Assembly: GCA_963796055.1 (NCBI GenBank)
Contig: CAWCKH010000003.1
Location: forward strand, 608,001 to 672,000
Source: an uncultured delta proteobacterium
GTDB taxonomy: Bacteria; Myxococcota; Myxococcia; Myxococcales; Myxococcaceae
Direction: 5' to 3'
Length of the DNA: 64,000 nucleotides
Part shown: positions 35,741 to 47,000 of the stretch, piece by piece
Layout: every line of letters begins with the position of its first letter
Numbering within the stretch: the first letter of the stretch is position 1
The notes under the pieces: model-generated
Database searches by the model: none
What the model was told of the DNA's origin: nothing
What the model saw: only the letters and a program-made list of their open reading frames with translations
Translations under genes and position numbers: made by a program

Positions 35741-35836
35741 CACCTCGGCGATCTCACCTGGTCGGGCGGGGGGCACACAAGGAAGTCGCACCGGGGTCCC
35801 ACGTGACCAGGGCCGGTGCTAAAGACCTTTCCCCCC

Positions 35837-37468
35837 ATGCTGGAAACCGTCACCAAGGGCTTCCGGGCGGCCAAGAATCGGCTCGCCGGGAAGCAGGAGA
35901 TTTCACCCGAGCTCGTCGACGAGTCGCTGCGCGACATCCGCGTCTCGCTCCTCGAGGCCGACGTCGCCTTCGACGTGGTGAAGTCGTTCGTCGCCCGGGT
36001 GCGCGAGAAGGCGGTGGGCGCCACCGTCCAGACCACCATCACCGACAAGCACGGCCGGAAGCAGAAGGTCTCCGCAGCCGACCACTTCATCAAGGTCTGC
36101 CACGACGAGCTCGAGGCCCTGATGGGCCCGGTGGACACCTCGCTCAAGTTCAAGCCCAAGGGCGGTGTCACCACGATGATGCTGGTCGGGCTGCAGGGCT
36201 CGGGAAAGACCACCACCGTCGGGAAGCTGGCGAGCTACCTCCAGAAGAAGGGCAGGAAGCCGCTGCTGGTCGCCGCCGACATCTACCGGCCGGCGGCGGT
36301 GGACCAGCTCGAGGTCCTCGGAGACCGCCTCGGTGTGCCGGTCTTCTTCCAGCCGGACACCCTCCCCCCGGACCTGGCGGTGAAGGGGGTGGAGGCGGCA
36401 CGGGCGCAGAAGTGCGACGTGGTGCTGGTGGACACCGCCGGCCGGCTGGCCATCGACGAGCAGCTGATGAACGAGCTGAACCTCATCAAGGCCGCGGTCC
36501 AGCCGGACGATATTCTCCTCGTCTGCGACGCGATGATTGGCCAGGACGCGGTGCGGACCGCGGCCGAGTTCGACCGCCGTCTGGCGCTCGACGGGTTCAT
36601 CCTCACCAAGCTGGACGGTGACGCCCGCGGCGGCGCGGCGCTGTCGATCAAGGAGGTCACCGGCAAGCCCATCAAGTTCCTGGGCATGGGCGAGTCGCTG
36701 GACAGGCTCGAGGAGTTCCGGCCCGACGGGCTCGCCAGCCGCATCCTCGGGTTCGGCGACATCGTGGGCCTGATGCAGGACTTCGAGCAGGTGGTCGACG
36801 AGAAGAAGGCCGAGGAGGACGCCAAGAAGCTCCTCTCGGGCAACTTCTCGATGAAGGACTTCGTGGAGCAGATCCGCACCGTGCGGAAGATGGGCCCGCT
36901 GAAGGACCTGCTGGAGAAGTTCCCCATCTTCGGGGAGATGACCGAGCAGCTGAACCCGGACGAGAAGGAGCTGACCAAGATCGAGGCGATGTACGACTCG
37001 ATGACCGAGAAGGAGCGCCTCCGCCCCACGCTCATCGACGACAGCCGGATGGGGCGCATCGCCCGCGGCTCCGGCCGGAAGAAGCAGGAGGTCCACGAGC
37101 TGCTCGGGAAGTACCAGATGATGCAGCAGGTGATGGGAGCGGTAGGCCAGAACCCCGGGCTCCTCGGCCGCATCCCCGGCTTCAAGCAGCTGGGCCAGCT
37201 GTCGAAGATGAAGAACATGGACCTGTCCCAGGTCTTCGGCAAGGACGCGAAGATGATGGAACAGGCGCTCGGCGGCGGCCCGATGCCGATGCAGATGCCT
37301 CAGATCTCGCCGGGCTACACCCCGCCGATGGGCTCGGGGGCGATGGCCCGGGCGCGGTTGATGGGCTACTCGGACGCGCCGATGGGCAAGCAGGTGGACC
37401 GCGACGCGCTCAAGGACAAGCGGAAACGCGAGCGCCAGGCGCGGAAGAAGAACCGCAAGCGGCGCTGA
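35837..37468 (+). CDS. ffh: Signal recognition particle protein Ffh
   Basis: LLEADV, GLQGSGKTTT, DIYRPAA, DTAGR, TKLDGDARGGAALS, Met-rich M domain with RIARGSG. Confidence 0.97.
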   Translation: MLETVTKGFRAAKNRLAGKQEISPELVDESLRDIRVSLLEADVAFDVVKSFVARVREKAVGATVQTTITDKHGRKQKVSAADHFIKVCHDELEALMGPVDTSLKFKPKGGVTTMMLVGLQGSGKTTTVGKLASYLQKKGRKPLLVAADIYRPAAVDQLEVLGDRLGVPVFFQPDTLPPDLAVKGVEAARAQKCDVVLVDTAGRLAIDEQLMNELNLIKAAVQPDDILLVCDAMIGQDAVRTAAEFDRRLALDGFILTKLDGDARGGAALSIKEVTGKPIKFLGMGESLDRLEEFRPDGLASRILGFGDIVGLMQDFEQVVDEKKAEEDAKKLLSGNFSMKDFVEQIRTVRKMGPLKDLLEKFPIFGEMTEQLNPDEKELTKIEAMYDSMTEKERLRPTLIDDSRMGRIARGSGRKKQEVHELLGKYQMMQQVMGAVGQNPGLLGRIPGFKQLGQLSKMKNMDLSQVFGKDAKMMEQALGGGPMPMQMPQISPGYTPPMGSGAMARARLMGYSDAPMGKQVDRDALKDKRKRERQARKKNRKRR

Positions 37469-37478
37469 CCCGGGGTCG

Positions 37479-37886
37479 TCACGGCCTGACCGATGCCGCG
37501 TACCGCAGGTCGAGGGCCGGTGCGGCCTGGACCGGGCCGAGCGTCCCCAGGTGCGCCTCTCGGCAGCGGGCGACCTTGACGCCGCCGTAGACCGCCGCCG
37601 CGGTCTCCACCGCCGCCAGCGCGATCAGCGCCGCGCCCGCCCCCTGCGCCGCGCCCGAGTAATCCAGGCAGCCCCACGAGGCCGAGGAACAGCCGGGCTT
37701 CCCCTCGGCCAGTGCCGCGACGCCAAGGCCGGCCAGCCCGGCCGCGAGGACCCCGTCGATCACCGGCACGGCGACCGAGGTGGTGCACTCGCCTCCGCCG
37801 GGCAGGTCGGGTGCAGGCCCGCGAACCGCCCACAACGAGCAGCCAGGACAGAGGAGCAACAGCGAGAGCACGAGAGAGCGACGCAT
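37479..37886 (-). CDS. Hypothetical Cys-rich membrane lipoprotein
   Basis: MRRSLVLSLLLLCPGCS, CTTS..PVID, two TM helices; SD GGAG. Confidence 0.6.
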   Translation of the reverse strand: MRRSLVLSLLLLCPGCSLWAVRGPAPDLPGGGECTTSVAVPVIDGVLAAGLAGLGVAALAEGKPGCSSASWGCLDYSGAAQGAGAALIALAAVETAAAVYGGVKVARCREAHLGTLGPVQAAPALDLRYAASVRP

Positions 37887-38026
37887 GGGAGCGCTCCTTT
37901 CGGCTCGCCCCATGAAGCACCGGACGTGCCGTGCTCTCTTCCTGGGGAGGGCAACGAGACCTCCGGCTTCGCTGTGCAGGAGCCTGCACGCCGGCGTGCA
38001 GCCGCGGCGCCGATCCCGGCCCGGTG

Positions 38027-39142
38027 CTACTCGGCCTCGCCGGGCGGATCCTCGCCCCGCGGGACGACCAGGCCGCGCGACAGACGCCGCAGCACCCGGA
38101 GCTTCTGCCGCTGCTTGTACCGGGCGTGAGCGTTCTCGCCCTGCTCGTTCAGCTCGGCGGTCCGTACGTCGAGCATCTGGAACTCGACCAGGGTGAAACC
38201 GATGCGCCCCTTCCGCTCGCGGCGGTCCAGCTCCGGGGGCGGCAGCCACTCGTCGAGCCGGAGCGGAACGTCCACCACGAAGTTCAGCACCCGGTAGCCG
38301 CTGCCGCTGAACTCGTTGCCGCCCGCTCCCTCGCGGTCCTCGAAGTCCGGGTCGAGGTGCAGCTCGTGGGCGTGGTTGCGGAAGTGCGGGAACTCGTGCA
38401 GCAGCGACTTGAACGGCAGCAGCGTGTTCTCGGTCTGCCCGGGGACGAGGAAGTTGAAGGGGAACAGCCGCTGGGTCAGGAAGTAGAGGACCGGAAGGAT
38501 GTCCGCCCGGGTGGGAGTGACGATGCGGAAGCGGGTCTTGTCGTAGACCTGCGCCGCCACGTTCTCCTTCTTCGCCAGCAGCTTGGTGATGAGCGACTCA
38601 CGGCTCTTCACCGACGGGCTGTAGTCGAGGATGGGCAGCCCCTTCTCCCGTGCCTCGGCCAGCACCCCGTTCACCTTCGCGGTCGCCATCCGCGACAGGT
38701 CGGCCTCGGACACCGCGAGGCGGAACAGGAGATCGCGCCCCTCGATGTGCTGCACCACGTGCATGCACTTGAGGACGATGCAGGCGATCCGCCGGAACCG
38801 GTGCGGCTCCTTCACCCCGGAGGCGAAGAGGAAGAGGTCGTGGATCTCCGCCGGGCGCGCCACCACGTCCGCCACCCGGTAGGAGAAGGTGCGGCGCAGG
38901 TACTCGACGGCGTCGGACAGCACCAGCCGCGCCCAGGCCTCGTCCTCGGGGTGCGTCAGGTCCAGCCCGCACAGCCGCAGGAAGCGGTCCACCTCGTCCC
39001 GGTTCCGGAAGTGCAGCCGGCGCCAGTCGATGACCGACCCGCCCCGGAGGATGAGGCGCACCCGCTCCAGCTCCTTGAGGCCCATCTCGGCCACGGAGCG
39101 GACGGGGAGGTCGGGGAGCTTCGGCTCGATGGGGAGGCGCAT
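38027..39142 (-). CDS. TIGR04552-type protein with RelA/SpoT-like nucleotidyltransferase domain
   Basis: GGSVIDW, SVKSRESLITKLLAK, YDKTRFRIV, NEFSGSGYRVLNF, EFQ, HARYK. Confidence 0.8.
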   Translation of the reverse strand: MRLPIEPKLPDLPVRSVAEMGLKELERVRLILRGGSVIDWRRLHFRNRDEVDRFLRLCGLDLTHPEDEAWARLVLSDAVEYLRRTFSYRVADVVARPAEIHDLFLFASGVKEPHRFRRIACIVLKCMHVVQHIEGRDLLFRLAVSEADLSRMATAKVNGVLAEAREKGLPILDYSPSVKSRESLITKLLAKKENVAAQVYDKTRFRIVTPTRADILPVLYFLTQRLFPFNFLVPGQTENTLLPFKSLLHEFPHFRNHAHELHLDPDFEDREGAGGNEFSGSGYRVLNFVVDVPLRLDEWLPPPELDRRERKGRIGFTLVEFQMLDVRTAELNEQGENAHARYKQRQKLRVLRRLSRGLVVPRGEDPPGEAE

Positions 39143-39165
39143 GGGGAGCGCGGCGCCTTAACAGC

Positions 39166-40945
39166 CTAGAACGTGAAGGGGAAGTCCACCGGCTCGCCCG
39201 GCTGGTACTTGTGCTTGGGGAAGTTCCAGGACTTCACCAAACCGGTGAGACAGGTGGCCATGTAGGAGGACCGGAACTGGTCGGTGACCGCGTTGACCGA
39301 GGTGGTCTTGCCAGAAGTCTGGATGACCCAGTGCATCACCAGCGTGCCGTGCAGGTTCGGGTCTCGCGCCTTCTGCTCGTTCACGCAGCGCACGATGGAT
39401 GGCTTGTTCGCCAGCACCACCGACATGATGTCGCCCTTGGGCAGCCGGTCGGGGACCTCGGTGCTGCTCGAGGCGCCAGGCGCGGGGGGAACGTAGGCGG
39501 TCTTCCTGCCGTTGCTGTGGCTCTCGGTCGGGCTTCGAGCCGCCGCCCGTGCCGAACACCTCGTCGAACAGGTCGTCGGCCTTGCTCTTGCCGTTGCCCG
39601 AGCTCTTCGGAGGCGGGTCGGCCGAGGCGACCTGCTCCTCACCGCCGCCGGACCCCTTGCTTCCGCCCGTGTGGCGGGTGCCCCGGGTTCCTCGCCGGGT
39701 CCCGCTGCCCTCGCTCGGCGGGACGGCCGGTGTGACCTTCGCCACTGGCGGCGTCACCGACGGCGTGACGGTCGGCGTGGTGGTCGCTCCCGCGGGCGCC
39801 TGTGCCTGGGCTGCCTTCGGCGCTTCTGGCGGCGGTGTCACCTTGGCCGGCTCGGGCGGCGCTGGCGGGACCTGACGGACGGCAAGCTCCGCGGCCTTCT
39901 GACGCTGCAGGAGGTACCAGCCGCCTCCACCCACCGCGGCCAGCACCACCGCCACCGCCACCCCGATTCCGATCAGGAGGCTCTTGTTGCCCTGGGACTT
40001 CATCGGCCGCGTGGCGTACGGGTACGCGGGGGTGAAGGTCGGCGGCCGCTCGACGGCGGTGACCGGCGTGGGCGCCTCGGTACGCGCCGGGCGACCGTTC
40101 ACGCTGGCCGCGGGCACCTCGCCGGTCGGCGGCGGCAGCTCGAGCAGCCCGCGCGGCGCGGCCATCGGCTCGGGAGCCGGCGGCGGGGCGTCGGACTTGC
40201 TCAGCGCCTCGATCTCGTCCTTCACCAGGCTGGCCAGGGCGGCCGACGCCGACGGCTTCCACCCACCGGCGTCCGGGACCGGGGTGGGCACCTCGGCCCG
40301 CACCGTGCGCATCACCCCGCCGGCGCTGAACGCCGACTCGACCGGGACCGGAACGACCGGCATCGGCCCGGACGGCGAGGAGGCCGGCGAGAACACCGGG
40401 CGCTGTGGATGGGGGGCGAGCCACGCTGCCAGCTCGGAGACCTCGGAGAGCGCCACCCAGTCCTCGAAGCCCTGGCGCCAGGTGAGGCTGTCGGGGCCGA
40501 TCTCCCCGCGCTCCCAGTGATCCTTGATCGCCTCGGGGGTCAGCGGCCCGGTCTGCTTCTCGTCGATGGCGACGTACCAGTCGTGCGCGCGGGGCGGACC
40601 GTCGCTGACCGGCGGCAGGTTCGCCTCCACCGGCGGTGGCTCCTCTTCCTGGGCCGCAGGCGGCTCGTCCTTGCGCTCCCCGAGCGCGCTCTCGAACGCG
40701 GCGCCAATCTCCTCGTCGTCCACGTCGCTGAAGATCGAGTTCTCGCCGGTGGGCGCCTCGGGTCCAGGGGGCGGGGGCCCGGACTCCTCGAGACCCCGGA
40801 GCGCGGCGTCGGTCTCGGCGTCCTGGGGGCGGCGGACCACGATGACGTTGCTGCACTTCTTGCAACGGACCTTCACCCCGTTCACCCCGACCTTGTCGTC
40901 GGAGATCATGTACTGGGCGCGGCAGCTGTCGCAGACGAAGCGCAT
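39166..40945 (-). CDS. gltJ: Gliding motility protein GltJ/AgmX (zinc ribbon, GYF-like, TM, TonB-C), frameshifted near 39531
   Basis: MRFVCDSC...VKVRCKKC; WYVAIDEKQTGP; TM; the C-terminal TonB-like domain (CVNEQK...FPKH...FPFTF) lies in another frame. Confidence 0.85.
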
Positions 40946-41029
40946 GGAACTCCGGGGGGTTGCCCAGCCAACGAGCGTAGAGGTCGCCCCCCGGCCGGGT
41001 CAAGGAACGCCCGAGGAGACGGAGCAGAT

Positions 41030-44000
41030 CTACTTCCGCGTGGGCACCTCGACGTTGGTCCCCACCGCCAGTCGCAGCGCGGCGAGGTCCTCCGACACCG
41101 CGAAGGTCATCAGCTCGCGGATCTTCACCTTGCCCGCGACGCGGTAGCTCGAGCCGGTTTCACCCTGGACGAGCTTCTTCACCGCCTCGAGGTCTCCCGC
41201 GGTGAATAGCGCACAGCGGACCCCGGTCAGCTCTGCCCCCTCCAGGTATTCCCGGACCGGGTCCGATTCATTCCGCCGGAGCACCTCCGGGACCAGCCGG
41301 GCCAGCGCCGCGCGGAAGGGCTCGGTCATCACCGACTCGAGCGCATTCCGCTCGGCCTCGATGGCCGGAGCCGGAGCGGTCCAGCGCATCTGGAACCCGG
41401 CGAGCAGCACCGCGCCCTGGAACACCGCCGCCAGCCGCTCGGGGGCGAAGCGCGAGGCGAAGATGAGCTCGGGCCGGAGCAGCGCCAGCATGCGCCCGAG
41501 CTGGGCGTGGGTGTCCTTCGCCTGGGGATCGCCGAAGAACTTTCCGCCGACCTTCAGGCACACCGGCTGGGAGTGGATGATCTCCACCCCGAGGAGCGGG
41601 TCGGGGGCGGGCTCCATCGAGCGCTTGGCGAGCTTGTCGCGGGTGGCCACCAGGAACGGCGAGAAGAGCTCCACCGCCTCCAGCCCCAGCAGCCGCGCCA
41701 CCGCGCGGTAGTGGTGGATCTGGTACTCCTGGGCGGTCGCCACGTCGATCCGGTGCTTCTTGGGGATCAGCTGCGCCTGGGCGAGGGGGACCGCGGAGAG
41801 CTGACCCGCGCCCTGGAAGAGCAGGCCCATCAGCTCGGCGAACGGGGTCCGCGCCTTCGGGTGGAGCAGGTGCTGGGCCCAGAGCCGATCGTTGAGCGTG
41901 GCCCGCGGGGTCTCGCGCTTCTTCGCGTACGGCCCGAGCTTGCCGATGATCTCCTTCTCCGCCGGACCGGGGTCCCCGAGCAACCCCGCGACCACCTGGG
42001 CAGCGAGCCACGCACCGTCGTAGTCCTTCCGGCGCGCGGCGAGCTCGGCGAGCTGGCTCGCGATCTTCTTCGGATTCTGGGTGTGGGCCAGCGCCCGCCG
42101 CAGCGCCTGCACCGCGGGCTCCTCGTTCCCGGACGACTGGAGGAGGAGGTCGGCGTAGGTCTCCTGGACAGTGGCGTCGTCGGGGAGTCCCGCCGCGGCC
42201 ACCTTGTATGCCATCAGCGCGCTCTCCGGCTGCTTCAAGACTTGAAGGTAGAGGTCTCCCAGGGTCCGCCACAGCGCCATCCGCGCCGACTCGGTCTCGT
42301 CGGTCTTCGGCAGCCGCTGGATCATCCGGGCGTAGTTCTCCTCCAGCTGCTTCCACTCCTTCGCCGCCCCGAGCATCGCCTCGATGCTGCTGAAGGCCTC
42401 GATGAACAGCGGATCCAGGTCGAGGGCCGCGTTGAAGGCCTCCACCGCCCGGCCCGTGTCACGCAGCTCGTCGCGGAGGCTCTCGCCCAGCGCGAACCAC
42501 ACCCGCTTGGCGCGCTGCGCGTCGGCCTGCAGCTCGGGTTGCCCGAGCATGACTTCCAGTATTTCGGCGGCCTTCCCCGGCTGGCGGGTTTCCCGGAAGA
42601 GCACGTAGAGCGCGTCCATCACCTCCAGCGACTGCGGGCGGATCCGAAGGGCCTGGCCGTAGGCGTCGATGGCGGTGTGCAGGTCCTTGAGCCGGTCGCG
42701 GGCGATCTGCCCCAGCTCCAGCGCGGCCTCGGCCTTCGGGTCGCCGTCGAGGATGTTGACCAGCGCCTGCCGGTACTCGGCCGAGCGGTCCCAGCGCCCT
42801 GCCCCGTCCGCGAGCTGGATCAGCGAGCGGAGGCTCGGCTCGTGGCCGGGATCGATGGCCAGCGCCTTCTCGAAGTGGTTCTGCGCCCGGTCGTACTGCT
42901 TGAGCGCGATGTGCACCTCGCCGATCTGCCAGTACAGCTCGACGATCTCCAGATCGGTCAGGTCCTCGCGGTGGTGGATGAGGATGGTCTGGAAGACTTT
43001 CAGCGCCAGGTCGTGCCGGCCGGACTGGACCAGGAGGTTCCCGTAGCCCTCGAGCGCGGGGAGGTAGGTGGCGTCGAGCTGGTAGGCCTCCTCGTACGCG
43101 GCCAGCGCCCGGTCTCGGCGTCCCAGCTTCTCCTGCACGTACCCCATCCGGTAGACCTGCCGGCACAGGTCCCTCTCCAGGGCCTCGTCCTGCTCGCTGG
43201 CGAGCCGGCCCTTGAGGTTGCGGATGACCACGTCGAGCATCTTCTCCGCCGGCTCCCAGCGCTCGCGGGCGAGGTAGAGGTCGGACAGCGGCAGCGCGGC
43301 CTCGGCCTGCTCGGGGTCGAGCTTGATCGCCTCCTCGTACCACTGCATCGCCGAGTCGGCGTCCTCGCGGCGCTCGCTGTGGTAGCGCCCCACGGCGAGG
43401 TAGGCCAGGGACTTGGCCGAGGCCTCGCTGGTGGCCTGGGCCTCGGCGACCAGGATCTGCTCGTAGCTTTCCCAGTCCTGCTCGTTCTCGGCGATGCCGC
43501 GGAGCGCTTGCAGCGAGGGCAGGTACTCGGGATCGATGCGCAGGGCCTCGGAGTAGCAGGCCTTGGCCGAGGACACGTCCTGCAGCATGTCCTCGTTGAT
43601 CTTCCCCATCCGGTGCAGCACCTCGACCGCGCGGGGGTCGCGCCCCAGCGCCTCGGCTTCCTGGTGCAGCATCTCCAGGGCGAAGGGCCAGTTGCCGCTC
43701 CGCTCGTAGACCATGCCCAGGGCGTGGAGCGCCGGGGTGTGGCCGGGGTGGACGCCCAGCGCGGCCTGGAACGCGTCCGCGGCCTTGTCGGTCTGGTGCA
43801 GGTGGGAGCGAAGCACCTCTCCGGCCTCCACCATGATGTCGGCCTGCTCCTGGGAGTCGATGGCGAGCTGGATGTGCCGCTCCAGCACTCCCACCAGGTC
43901 CTCCCAGCGGCCCTGCGCCCGCCGCAGCCGCTCCAGCGCCTTGATCGCCTGGAGATTGGTGGGATCGAGCGCGAGCACACCCTCGATGCAGGCGTCGGCG

Positions 44001-47000
44001 TTGGCCGCGTTCTGGTAGCGGTCCTCCCAGATGGCCGCGGAGTGGAAGAGGATCTTCACCTTCTCCCGGTAGTCCTCGGTCAGCTCCAGCTGCCGCTCGT
44101 AGATGGTCAGCATGTCCGCCGGCCGGTCCAGCCGGGTGTAGAGGCGCTCCAGCGCCGAGAGAGCCTCTGCGTTCCTCGGGTCGAGCCCCAGGGCCTCGCG
44201 GTACGCCTCGACCGCGGCCTCCTCGTCTCCGATCTCCCGTTCCTGGACGCCGGCCATTTCCACCTGCATCCGCGCCCGCTCCTCGGAGCTGGGCAGCAGA
44301 TCCCGGGTCCGGGCGAGCGTGGCGGCGAGGTCGCCCCACATGTGCTGGTCGCGGTAGAGCCTGGCCAGCTCGCCGAGCGTCTCCACGTCGGGCTCGAGCT
44401 CCAGCGCGCGGATGAGGGCGTTGGCCGCCTCTTCCGGATCCTTCAGCCGCTCGAGCTGGATGCGGGAGATCTCCCGGAAGAGGGTCTTCCGGGCCTCGAG
44501 CGACGGGGCGGCCTCAATCTTCTGCTCCAGCGAGACGATGAGCTCGCGGTCCCGTCCGCGGCGCCCGAACATCTGGGCCATCGCGTCGAGCGCGGAGGAG
44601 TTGGTGGGATCGAACTCGAGGATCTTCCGGAGCGCGGCCTCGGCCTCGCCGGGGTCGTCCAGGTTCCGGTCCTGCACCCGGGCCAGGACCAGGTAGAGCC
44701 GCTCCGCGAGCGGGCCACGGGGAAGATCGTCCGCCACCTGCTCGTAGACCGCGGCCAGCTCCTCGTACGAGCCGGTCTCCTGCGCCAGCCGCTCCACGTC
44801 CTCACGGAGCGAGTCGTCCGAGGCGGCGAGCTGCAGCGCCCGACAGAGGGCGAGGAAGGCGCCGTCCTTCTGCCCCAGCTTGTGCTCCCGGATACGGCCC
44901 AGCTCGCGCAGCGCCTTGATCTTGTCCTCGTCGGTGACGAGGTTCGGCAGGTAGCGGTCCACCGCCTGGGCGTAGGCGCGCCAGTCGCCGGCGTCGGAGT
45001 AGAGCGACAGCACCCGCTCGTGGGCACCCCGGTTCGCCGGGTCGAACTCCAGCACCCGCTCCAGGATGGGCGCCGCCAGCTCGGCCTTGCCGGCCTGGCC
45101 AATCCACAGCTCGGCGATCTCGAACAGCGCGGCGATGACCCCCTCCTTCTCCTCCAGCCGTTGCCAGACCTCGGCCTTCAGCTCCAGGGTGCGGACCGCG
45201 TCGCCGAAGGCGCGGAGCCCGAGGAAGAGCTTCCCCACCGCCTCGAGGTCCTGGACGATGTGCGGCTCGATCTCCAGCGAGCGCCGGGCAGCATCCAGCG
45301 CTTCCTCGCGCCGGCCCATCTCGCCCAGCACCTCTGCCAGCCGGATGCGGAGCCCCTTGACCCCCTCGGGGCTCTCTTGCAGCGGGATGAGCCGCCGCAG
45401 CACCGCGACCAGCTCCTCGCGCCGCCCGAGCTGCTCGTCGATGTCGCGCAGCGTCTCCAGCGCGTTCCGGTTGCGCGCATCCCGCTCCAGCGCCGTGCGC
45501 AGCGGGGCGATGGCCTCCTCGGCCCGTCCGAGCTGCCGGTAGAGCACCACGCCCAGCTTCTCGTTCAGGCGCACCAGCTCCCGGGGCTCGGCGACCTGGG
45601 GAATCTTCCCCGCCATCAGCGCCCTGAGATCTTCCCACCGGCCAGCCTTCTCCAGCGCCTGCTCCAGCGCGCCGAACGCCTGGTCCGACCTGGGGTTCTT
45701 CTTGAACAGCTCGCTGTACAGCTCGATGGAGGCCTCGAGGTCGGCCAGCCCCTCCGCGGAGACCTTCACCATCTTGGCCAGGATGCGCTCGCGTTCCGGG
45801 CCGGAGGTCAGGTCACGCTGGATGCGCAGAACGTTGAACAGCCGGTCCGGTGTCCCGCTGCGCTCGTAGATGGACTCCAGCAGCCGGGCGGCGGGGAGGT
45901 GCGTCCGGTCGATGGCCAGTAGCCGCTCGAAGGCGTCGGCGGCGCGGGGCTCGTCCTCCAGCTCGTCCTGGGCCACCTGGCCGAGGCGGAAGAGGATCTG
46001 CACCCGCTCGTTGCCGTCGGGGGTGAGCGTCTCCAGCTCGTCCAGGCTCTGGACCAGCCGGTCGCTCCGGCCCGCCTGACCATAGAGCCGGGCCAGCGCG
46101 GTGAGCGCGGGGAGGGCGGTGGCGGCGTCGAGCTCCCTGGCACGCTCCAGGACCTCGATCGCCCGGGCCGGGTTGGAGAGGTGCTGCTCGTAGAGGCCGC
46201 CCAGCTCCAGCAGCACCGCCGCGGCGTCCTTGGTCTCGGCGATGCGGGGAAGCTCCTCCTCGTAGAGCTGGGCCAGCGCCTCGTGGGTCCTCCCCGCATC
46301 GGCGGCCTTGCCCACCCGGCTCCGGAGAGTGGGGTCGTTGGGATCCTCCTGGAAGGCGCGGGAGAGCGCACCGAAGAGCCCGGCCGGGTCGTGGGCCGCC
46401 TCGCTCAGGCCCGCCAGCTCCACCAGGAGCTGCTTGCGCTCGAACGGGTCGGCCGAGGCGCCGACGCGAAGCTCGAGGAGCTGCGCCAGCTTCCCCTGCT
46501 CTGCCGTGGTCCGGTAGGCGCCGAGCAGCACGTCGACCAGCGGCTTGTTCTGGGGCTCGCGCTGCGCCCAGGCCTCGAGCTGCGCCAGCGCGCCGGCGTG
46601 CTTCGGCTGGGCGGCGAGGACCTGCCCGTACAGCTCGAGGGCGCCGTACTTATCGAGGAGCCGCGTCTCGCGGACGATGGCCAGACGGGTCCGGAGGTCG
46701 AGGTCGAGGTCCCCGCCGGGCAGCGCGAGCCGCCGGCCGATGACGTCCGCCAGCTCGGGCCAGCGCTCCTGCTTCTCGCAGAGCGCGTCGAGCTTCTCCA
46801 GCGCCTGGGCGTCGTCGGGCTTCAGCTCCAGCAGCCGCCGGAGCGTGGCCATGGCACCGACCGTGTCGTGGAGGGCGCCGTCTTGCAGCCCGGCGATCTG
46901 GAAGAGCAGCGCGGCGCGGACCGCCGGCTCCTCGGTGATCGACAGCTGGCGCCGGTAGATCTCCAGCAGCTCGGGGGCGCGGCCGGCGGACTGGTAGAGC

